Of a DNA stretch of 64,000 nt, positions 57,292-64,000 are shown piece after piece. This DNA is from Patescibacteria group bacterium. GTDB taxonomy: Bacteria > Patescibacteriota > Patescibacteriia > 2-02-FULL-49-11. Both the position numbers and the translations under genes were made by a program. The stretch is taken from NCBI GenBank assembly GCA_041645165.1, contig JBAZQN010000006.1, positions 4,933 through 68,932 on the forward strand. Direction: 5' to 3'. The notes below the pieces were generated by a model. The model was not told where the DNA came from. It made no database searches and worked only from the letters and a program-made list of their open reading frames with translations. Position 1 is the stretch's first letter; every line of letters begins with the position of its first letter.

Positions 57292-58887
57292 ATGAACACC
57301 AAATACTTTTTATACGCTCGCAAATCAACCGAAGACGAAGAACGGCAAGTGATGAGTATTGAAGCGCAGCTTACGGAGTTGGCTGAATTTGCCAAGCGAG
57401 AAAATATTGAAATTGCCGAAACATTTATTGAATCAAAAAGCGCAAAGAAGCCAGGGCGAGAAGTGTTTAACGAGATGATGAGCAGAGTTCAGGAAAGTAA
57501 AACTACGGTGGGACTTCTCGCGTGGCACCCGGATCGTCTCGCCCGCAACAGCGTTGATGGCGGTTTGATAATTTACTCCATAGACACCGCCAAAATCGCT
57601 TCTTTGCGCTTTCCCACATTTTGGTTTGAGCCAACTCCGCAAGGGCTTTTTATGCTCCAAGTCGCCTTTGGCCAATCAAAATATTATTCCGACAATTTGT
57701 CGGAAAATGTAAAGCGCGGGATTCGCCAAAAACTCAGGCGGGGGGAGTGGCCCGGCCTTGCGCCGTTTGGGTATGTGAACAATCCGAAAACACGAACGAT
57801 TGAGCCAGACCCAACAAAAGCGAGAGTTATCAAAAAAGCGTTTGAAGAATACGCGCAAGGCCGTCATACACTTTTGTCTTTAGGTGAACGCCTGAGTTTT
57901 TGGGGCGTGGTGAGCGGAACCGGAAAACCGCTTTGCAAAGCAACGCTCCAACGAATGCTTACCAATAAAGCGCATCTCGGTTTAATTGTCCATAACGACG
58001 AAACTTACGAGGGCGGTTTTCCAGCAATTGTTTCCAGAGCGACTTTTGAGAAAGTGCAGGAAGTGTTAAAGAGCCGAGCCAAGCCGCGTCATTCTAAAAA
58101 GCGGCATAACTTCCCATTTACCGGACTGCTTACTTGCGGCGAGTGCGGCGCGGCTATTACGGCACAATACGCGCATGGACACGGTGGAACTTACAAATAC
58201 TATCGTTGCACCAAACGGCTTGGCTCGTGTTCGCAAAGTTATTTGCGCGAGGACTTACTCACCGAACAACTGAAAATAGAAATCTCAAAAGTCGCTCTCT
58301 GCGAAGACTCGAAAGAAAAGATGCTGGCGCAAGTGGAAGTGTGGGAAAAAGAAAATATCCAGTCTTCGCAATCTTTCGCCCAAAATTTGGAAAAGGAAAT
58401 CAAGGAAACCGAACAAAAACTTGATAGATTGGTAAACGCCTTTTTGGACGGAAGCATAGAAAAAGAAACCTACCTTACCAAAAAGGATGAACTCATCACA
58501 ACCAAAACAGACCTCCAGCAAAGGAAGTCTGATTTTGGGCGAAAGGGAAACAATTGGATCGAACCTTTGCGCGAATGGATTTTAGCCGCTCACCACGCGG
58601 AAAAACTGGCTTCGTCAAACGAATTTGATGAAATCAAATCGTTTGTTGAAAAAATTGGAACGAACCGCCGCCTGCTCTCCAAAAAAGTCGGCTGGGATTG
58701 GTCGGGCGAATGGCGGATTGTGGCGGAAAATCAGAATAAAATCCCCCCAGCGCGCGAGCGAAGCGAGCGCGTACCTTCTTCCGAAAACTGTCAATGTCTA
58801 ACTTGGTCGGGGCGGGGAGAATCGAACTCCCGCTACAAGCACCCCATGCTCGCGTACTACCATTATACTACGCCCCGTAAATTGTAG
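57292..58887 (+). CDS. large serine recombinase (resolvase/invertase N-domain + recombinase domain + zinc ribbon)
   Basis: YARKSTEDEERQ…SIEAQ (catalytic Ser), …HPDRLARN…, Zn ribbon CGECGAAI…YYRC. The last ~28 codons read through tRNA-Pro (antisense), so the true stop is probably earlier or overlapping. Confidence 0.85.
   Translation: MNTKYFLYARKSTEDEERQVMSIEAQLTELAEFAKRENIEIAETFIESKSAKKPGREVFNEMMSRVQESKTTVGLLAWHPDRLARNSVDGGLIIYSIDTAKIASLRFPTFWFEPTPQGLFMLQVAFGQSKYYSDNLSENVKRGIRQKLRRGEWPGLAPFGYVNNPKTRTIEPDPTKARVIKKAFEEYAQGRHTLLSLGERLSFWGVVSGTGKPLCKATLQRMLTNKAHLGLIVHNDETYEGGFPAIVSRATFEKVQEVLKSRAKPRHSKKRHNFPFTGLLTCGECGAAITAQYAHGHGGTYKYYRCTKRLGSCSQSYLREDLLTEQLKIEISKVALCEDSKEKMLAQVEVWEKENIQSSQSFAQNLEKEIKETEQKLDRLVNAFLDGSIEKETYLTKKDELITTKTDLQQRKSDFGRKGNNWIEPLREWILAAHHAEKLASSNEFDEIKSFVEKIGTNRRLLSKKVGWDWSGEWRIVAENQNKIPPARERSERVPSSENCQCLTWSGRGESNSRYKHPMLAYYHYTTPRKL
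58661..58809. repeat. perfect 149-bp inverted repeat, right copy (IR-R). Encodes the C-terminal ~48 aa of the recombinase and includes the last 6 nt of tRNA-Pro.
   Basis: cgaaccgccgcctgctctccaaaaaagtcggctgggattggtcgggcgaatggcgg…ctgtcaatgtctaacttggtcg. Confidence 0.85.
58804..58877 (-). tRNA. tRNA-Pro (anticodon GGG)
   Basis: CGGGGCGTAGTATAATGGTAGTACGCGAGCATGGGGTGCTTGTAGCGGGAGTTCGATTCTCCCCGCCCCGACCA. Confidence 0.8.
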
Positions 58888-58987
58888 CCCCGAAATCTAC
58901 TTCGGGGCCATGCATGCCTAACTACCGCCTTGATATCACACTGTGATATCAAGACCTACACCCCGTCAAATTGTAGTCTCGAAAACT
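58866..58987. repeat. att-like region: ~30-bp direct repeats (58868-58896 and 58946-58975) flanking a perfect 25-bp palindrome (CTTGATATCACACTGTGATATCAAG)
   Basis: ctacgccccgtaaattgtagccccgaaa vs ctacaccccgtcaaattgtagtctcgaaa. DR1 overlaps the 5' end of tRNA-Pro. Confidence 0.6.
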
Positions 58988-59673
58988 AAACTACTCAATG
59001 ACTTTATGACTTATTGACTTATTGACTAACACAAATGGCTCCAAAGGCTATTAGTAGGCAAGTCAGTCCCTCGCAAGTCAATCGGGCCACGTCTTCCATC
59101 AGCTGGCCTCGCACGAGGCTCGGTCAATCCGATACAAGATTCTCTCCCAAAGGAGAAAGGCCGCTGGTTGCTCTCAACCCGATACCGCAGTATCAAGGAA
59201 ATCAAGCTGACCGACGAAAATTACTTGACGAACCACTTAATCCTACTTATGAGCGCTAAAAGGAGCCACCTCTATTATACCACACCGTCAAGGCTCTTCA
59301 AGGTAAACAATTCCCTCAAACTCCAGCTTCGTAAGGTAGAGAAAATGTCCCCTCCTCTACGAAGGACTGCACTGCGAGTCAGAAGCGGTGCAGAGGGAGG
59401 TCTCCTGGGGATAACTGGACTGGACACCTTACTCACTATCCCCTACCATAGAAATACTATATGCAAATAACACCCAACCAAACCATGAAGATGAACAAGA
59501 TGAAGATGTCCTACCCTCAAGGGACTGGTTGGTGTTATGCATAAGGTTTAAATAAAAATTAGGAATACACCTCCAGCCCCAGAGCTGGTTTTTTTGTTTT
59601 TACATAATCACAGAAGCCAGTTTAGGCCATTGATACGCCAAAAACACAAAACGTTCATTGACAAGGAGAAGGA

Positions 59674-60129
59674 ATGAAAAAAGTTATTACATGGGTGATA
59701 GGATTTATCCTTTCACCTCTAAGCTTTTGGAACGATTTATTTATAAACGTTCCAATAAGCTGGTTCGTTGCTTGGCCGGCGGCACTCATATATCGGCCTG
59801 CATTCCCATTCGTATTTTCGGTTGCATATATCGCGACCAACGTGCTGGGAATGCGCATGATGGACACGGCGGTCCATCAAAAAAACAATGGCGTTGTTAC
59901 ATGGGCCAACGCCATCGGCTGTGTGGTGTTACTCGCAGCCGCCAGCTTGGGCTGGATCCCGCTTCCGTTACTCTTTGTCACTGCTTGTGTGGTGGCAAAT
60001 ATGATCGGCGCGATCATTTACCAGATCGCGGGAAATAAAAAGAGGGTCGAACTGTGCATGACCCTTGTTTACACCGCTCTTATAGTAGGAGCGGTATTCA
60101 TGGAATGGATTCCAATACCCACTCCTTAA
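59674..60129 (+). CDS. hypothetical small polytopic membrane protein
   Basis: 151 aa with 4 hydrophobic helices. Confidence 0.5.
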   Translation: MKKVITWVIGFILSPLSFWNDLFINVPISWFVAWPAALIYRPAFPFVFSVAYIATNVLGMRMMDTAVHQKNNGVVTWANAIGCVVLLAAASLGWIPLPLLFVTACVVANMIGAIIYQIAGNKKRVELCMTLVYTALIVGAVFMEWIPIPTP

Positions 60130-60269
60130 AGGCATGACTGATACTTCAAGTCATGCCTTCTGCTTTATGCAAAACTCATAATACGCTGTTTTCGTTCCCG
60201 TAAAGCGCAATTATTTTCACGATCGTGAAAATAATGTCCCTTATGTTACCGCAACGCATTCCATGTATC

Positions 60270-61130
60270 TCATGTTAACACATCAAGTAACACGTGCGGA
60301 ATCTCATCAATCACATCCGTGGCAAGAAGCCCTTCGCCTTTCAAAGCGCCTGCGAGCTCCCCTGCCTTTCCTGATATCCAGCAGCCTGCTTGCGCGGCAA
60401 TGAATGGCGTTGCTCCGCGCGCGAGGAGCGCGCCGATAATGCCTGCGAGCACGTCTCCAGTGCCGCCCTTTGTCATGAAGGGTGTGCCTGTGGAATTCAC
60501 TGCCACTTCCTGTCCGTCAGAAATAATATCCTTATTTCCTTTGAGTACCACGACGCAGCCCAGCGTTCGCGCTGCCTGCTTCACGATTTCTATCCGTTCT
60601 TCAAATGGCTTCATGGCAGGATCAATGCCGGTAAGCGCAAAAAATTCTCCTGCGTGCGGGGTAAAGACAAATGGTTTGCCCTTCATCTCTTCAAAATCAA
60701 TTTTCCTCAACGCACGTATGGCATCCGCGTCAATGACCGCGGGCATGGTGCATTCTTTCATAATCTTCAACAGCGCATCGAACGTACCCTCCTCCCTTCC
60801 CGCGCCATTTCCAATGACCATGGCCGTTTTATGTGTCACAAGTTCCCGCATCTTCGGCAAATGCCGATTGGAAATCGCGTCGCCATCAAGCGGCCACGTA
60901 ACCAGATTGGGATTCGCGCCTGCCGCAGCGTCTGCCGCCCGCTGCGGTGCAACAATGGTTGCTAAATCACATCCTGCCCTCATTGCCGCCAGCGCCACCA
61001 GCTGCGGCGCGCCGGTATAGTGCACTGACCCACCTACGACCAAAAGATGGCCATAGTCGTATTTCTTGGCATCCAAAGGACGGGGCTTGTAAATAGAACG
61101 TATCAACTCTGCAGATATTACAAATGCCAT
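60270..61130 (-). CDS. ADP-dependent (S)-NAD(P)H-hydrate dehydratase (YjeF C-terminal domain, Nnr2-like)
   Basis: …GGSVHYTGAPQLVALAAMRAGCDL…TPHAGEF…TKGGTGDVLAGIIGALLA…. Confidence 0.8.
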   Translation of the reverse strand: MAFVISAELIRSIYKPRPLDAKKYDYGHLLVVGGSVHYTGAPQLVALAAMRAGCDLATIVAPQRAADAAAGANPNLVTWPLDGDAISNRHLPKMRELVTHKTAMVIGNGAGREEGTFDALLKIMKECTMPAVIDADAIRALRKIDFEEMKGKPFVFTPHAGEFFALTGIDPAMKPFEERIEIVKQAARTLGCVVVLKGNKDIISDGQEVAVNSTGTPFMTKGGTGDVLAGIIGALLARGATPFIAAQAGCWISGKAGELAGALKGEGLLATDVIDEIPHVLLDVLT

Positions 61131-61137
61131 AAATTAT

Positions 61138-61272
61138 GAAATCCTAAACACTAAACTCTAAACCCTAAACAAATCTAAAATCCAAATATCAAAATCCAAA
61201 ATGTAAATGTAAAATCTATAAATTTTAATCTATCATTTTGATTTTTGCATTTTGGATTTTACATTCCTCCCC
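61138..61272. repeat. family E low-complexity palindromic spacer
   Basis: aaatcctaaacactaaactctaaaccctaaacaaatctaaaatccaaatatcaaaatccaaaatg…ttttgatttttgcattttggatttt. Confidence 0.6.
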
Positions 61273-61329
61273 GATAAAACAAAACCTCCCCGTTAAAATC
61301 GAGGAAGTTGCAAACATATTAACTCAGGA

Positions 61330-61920
61330 TTAGAACATAATATCTTCCTCTGCCCGCTTGTAGTCGTGGAGGTCTTCCGGAGAAAACCAGTATTCGATTT
61401 CATGCGCCGCTTCTTTGGGAGTTTCCGAGGCGTGTACGAGATTGTGGATTCCCCTCCGGTCGCGGTTTGCGGCGGCTGGCGAGTCCACCGAATAATCGCC
61501 GCGGATTGTGCCCATCTCCGCCTTGTTGGGCAGGGTGTGCCCGCACACTTTGCGCACCATATCTATCGCATGAATTCCTTCAATGACCATCTTCACCAAC
61601 GGCCCTTCGGTCATATAGTCAAGCAGCCACCCGCGCACCATTTTGCCGATCTCTTTGGGTTCCCCCGTGCCCAACTCTTTCACTGGATCAAGGCCGTAAT
61701 GAGAGTACGTATCAAGTGTTTTGTGTCCCAAACGTTCTACCCAAGTGTCATCCTTCGGATAATGCCCATCAATCTGTTCACGGGTTGCAGTAAACATTTT
61801 AAGCGCCACGATTTTTAAACCACGCTGCTCAAAGCGCTTCATCACCTCGCCCACCAATCCGCGCTTCACGCCGTCTGGTTTGACCATCACATAAGTTCGT
61901 TCTTGTTTGGGGTGAATCAT
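61330..61920 (-). CDS. ndk: nucleoside diphosphate kinase (long form)
   Basis: ERTYVMVKPDGVKRGLVGEVMKRFEQRGLKIVALKM… Has an NDK active-site His region. Confidence 0.85.
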   Translation of the reverse strand: MIHPKQERTYVMVKPDGVKRGLVGEVMKRFEQRGLKIVALKMFTATREQIDGHYPKDDTWVERLGHKTLDTYSHYGLDPVKELGTGEPKEIGKMVRGWLLDYMTEGPLVKMVIEGIHAIDMVRKVCGHTLPNKAEMGTIRGDYSVDSPAAANRDRRGIHNLVHASETPKEAAHEIEYWFSPEDLHDYKRAEEDIMF

Positions 61921-62484
61921 AGTGGAGAATCTAGAAGCTGCCCGATCATCCGATCGGGCATCCGGTCGAATGACCGGATGAATCTAGAATAAGGATAGCA
62001 TAAAAAAGAAAAAGGATGCAACGTCAAGAAAAAATTCAGCCCTGCTACGCAAAGTGGGCTGTACTGTAGAGAGATACTCAGTTGCTTTCCTAGGTTGCGG
62101 TAGCAGGGTCTTTCGACGGGCGGGAGGCACTGGCCCCCCAAATTTTTGCTCCGAACGGAACGGTGGTGCTTGTCAAATAACAGCACCACGGGTGGTCATG
62201 CTCCGTCCGGAGCGCTGCCTCGGCGAATGTTCACATTCACAACAGGTGCACACTAACCTGTTGCATCAACTCCGAGGACAATCTATGTTAAGGCCACATC
62301 CTGCGAGCAAGGGCTCGCAATCTATGGCTCGAATATTCTGGTGGCCACCAGATGACTAACCCTTTACGAACTTTCAGCTCGTCATTGGTGACCCACCAGC
62401 AGTGTTAAGGAGGAGCAAATTTAATTTTATCATCCCTATCCTAGCATATCCACTTACCTTGTCAAATTCCTTAACCTGACACCC

Positions 62485-63996
62485 TCACCTAACCTCTTCC
62501 TTTCTAGGGAGAGGACCGTATAAACTTAGTCCGTCGCTAGTAAATCTCACATCCCCCCGCACATCCGTGCGGAGCACCGTGGCGCCGGCGCGCTCTAATC
62601 GCTTCACGGTACGCAAGGACGGATGACCGTAAGGATTATCTTTGCCTGCGGATATGACAGCATACTGGGGCGCGACCGCATTAATAAATTCCTCTGAATT
62701 CGCATCCGAGCTTCCGTGATGGCCCACTTTCAGCACATTGCTTTCCAAATCCCACTCACCCGCCGCAAGTATCCCTTCCTCCATTGCAACCGGCGCATCG
62801 CCCATGAAGAGAAATGACGATTCTCCGTAGGCAAAACGCAGGACCACGGAAGTGCCGTTTAACTCTTCAACGCGTATCCCTTCCAAACCCTCCTGCGGCG
62901 CGAGCACACTGAATTCTCCGTTTCCTAATTCAAACGAATCGCCTGAAGCCACAAACTGCACGGGGATATTTCTCCCCCGCACTTCATCTAAAAACGCAAG
63001 ATACTCATCGGTCGTGTGCGCCACGCCTGTCATCACTACTTTTTCCACCTTATAGCGCTTCAACACTTCCACTAAGCCTGTCACGTGATCCGTGTGCGGA
63101 TGAGTAAGCACTACATACTCGATCGTGCGGTCCCACCACGGCAGGGCGCTGCCGAGTTTGCTTAAAATGCCCGCGTCCGGCCCCCCGTCAATGAGCGCTT
63201 GCTGTCCTCGGGGAATATTAATCAACGCCGCGTCTCCCTGCCCGACGTCGAAAAACGTAACCTCCAATTTCTTGCTGCGCAGGTATAAGGGAAAAGAATA
63301 CGCGAGAAACAGAAGGGCTACCGCGCCGATGGCAATAGGGAAGCGATGCGCTTCGATCCCGTGTATTATTTTTTTCCAATAAGGTTCCTGCGCGCGTGCG
63401 GGTTGATCCTTTTTCCCCTTCTCTTCTAACATGATGACCGGTTCGCGGAACAGCGATTCGTCAATCGGCACGAGGGCAATTTCCATTGACTGTGCTGCGA
63501 TCGTTTCTTTCGATTTCATGAGAGAGGGGGCAAAGAAGCGTGCGCGATAGCGCTGTTTAAAATTACCCCAAAGGAGAACCAATAACCTCCTCTGCCACCA
63601 GCCGATGATTGCGAGCGCATACAGCGCGACCACCGCAGTCCACGACCATGAAGGCACCTGCAATGCGGCGCCCGGCACTTGAGCGAGTGCGTGCGCAACC
63701 GCAAGAAACGCATGCGCCATAACCCACACCATCGCGCCTACCGCTTCTCCCGCAAGAGGAAACACGCCTACGATGCCTGCGATGAATCCAATCGCCATCA
63801 AGAATGGCACCCATGGCACGAGCATGAGATTCGCAATCGGAGATATGACGGACACTCGGTCAAAACTGCCTACCAAGAGCGGCAAGGTGGTCACCTGCGC
63901 GGCTAAGGTCAGCGCAATGATTTCGCGCAATTTCCATCGCTCGGGGATAAAGGCGAGACGGCGCATGAGATGAGGGCTCACTAAGAGAATACCCAC
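62485..63996 (-). CDS. comEC: ComEC/Rec2 DNA-internalisation protein, C-terminal part (TM + metallo-beta-lactamase domain). N-terminus lies beyond the window end.
   Basis: MBL motifs …DVGQGDAALI… and VLTHPHTDH. N-terminal part of the segment has hydrophobic TM helices. Confidence 0.75.
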   Translation of the reverse strand: MGILLVSPHLMRRLAFIPERWKLREIIALTLAAQVTTLPLLVGSFDRVSVISPIANLMLVPWVPFLMAIGFIAGIVGVFPLAGEAVGAMVWVMAHAFLAVAHALAQVPGAALQVPSWSWTAVVALYALAIIGWWQRRLLVLLWGNFKQRYRARFFAPSLMKSKETIAAQSMEIALVPIDESLFREPVIMLEEKGKKDQPARAQEPYWKKIIHGIEAHRFPIAIGAVALLFLAYSFPLYLRSKKLEVTFFDVGQGDAALINIPRGQQALIDGGPDAGILSKLGSALPWWDRTIEYVVLTHPHTDHVTGLVEVLKRYKVEKVVMTGVAHTTDEYLAFLDEVRGRNIPVQFVASGDSFELGNGEFSVLAPQEGLEGIRVEELNGTSVVLRFAYGESSFLFMGDAPVAMEEGILAAGEWDLESNVLKVGHHGSSDANSEEFINAVAPQYAVISAGKDNPYGHPSLRTVKRLERAGATVLRTDVRGDVRFTSDGLSLYGPLPRKEEVR

Positions 63997-64000
63997 AGTC

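Noticed and set aside
56573-57295. 240-aa plus-strand ORF upstream of the recombinase.
   Set aside because: Low-complexity Gly/Arg/Ala-rich translation of hairpin-dense DNA, and it overlaps the 149-bp inverted repeat. No domain signature.
58808-58887. Final ~28 codons of the serine recombinase ORF.
   Set aside because: They are the antisense translation of tRNA-Pro. The recombinase may genuinely overlap the tRNA, but the exact C-terminus is uncertain, so only the IR-encoded portion is considered reliable.
18300-61272. CRISPR array among the many short AT-rich tandem repeats (aaatcctaaa… units).
   Set aside because: Units are 7–9 nt, degenerate, and arranged as inverted arms rather than 25–40-bp identical repeats separated by unique spacers. 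No cas genes were seen.

Overview
This window looks like a compact bacterial genome of CPR/Patescibacteria type (inferred from gene content; no database was searched). All protein similarities are recalled from memory of family motifs, not run against a database. A nearly complete str–S10–spc–alpha ribosomal-protein superoperon lies on the minus strand: rpsL-rpsG-fusA-tuf-rpsJ-rplCDWB-rpsS-rplV-rpsC-rplP-rpmC-rpsQ-rplNXE-rpsN-rpsH-rplFR-rpsE-rplO-secY-adk-map. rpmD (L30) is absent between rpsE and rplO, which fits a CPR-like lineage. Other genes include dnaB, ybaB, recR, a tdh–kbl threonine-degradation pair, tkt, an ABC/GldG/DUF4340 transporter cluster, two P2-type P-type ATPases, a UPF0182 protein, a large serine recombinase, a ComEC fragment and seven tRNAs (Lys, Pro, and a four-tRNA cluster).

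The striking feature is the non-coding DNA. Almost every intergenic gap in and around the ribosomal operon holds a member of one of several families of palindromic, inverted-repeat-bounded elements.
- Family A (~230 bp, 5 copies) and family B (~108 bp, 5 copies) both end in ...GGGTATG. Each copy sits so that its terminal ATG is the start codon of the downstream gene, it always has the same orientation relative to that gene, and it is flanked by a CAT/ATG 3-bp direct repeat.
- One family-A copy, just upstream of dnaB, is longer (~320 bp) and carries an intact small GIY-YIG nuclease ORF. It is a candidate autonomous element for the short, miniature-inverted-repeat-like (MITE-like) copies.
- Other families: terminator-like GC hairpins embedded in A/T-rich arms (D), long low-complexity AAATCCTAAA.../...TTTAGGATTT palindromes (E), and GC-rich leader elements (F, G, H).

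Further points of interest are a ~100-bp in-frame triple-hairpin insertion inside tkt and two AT-rich islands, each bounded by ~45–51-bp direct repeats that duplicate a gene end (the 3' end of a P-type ATPase gene and the 5' end of tkt). The serine-recombinase gene is bracketed by perfect 149-bp inverted repeats, the right one overlapping the 3' end of tRNA-Pro. ACGCAGA operator-like arrays lie upstream of tuf and rplU, and several regions are candidate structured RNAs. No CRISPR array was found.
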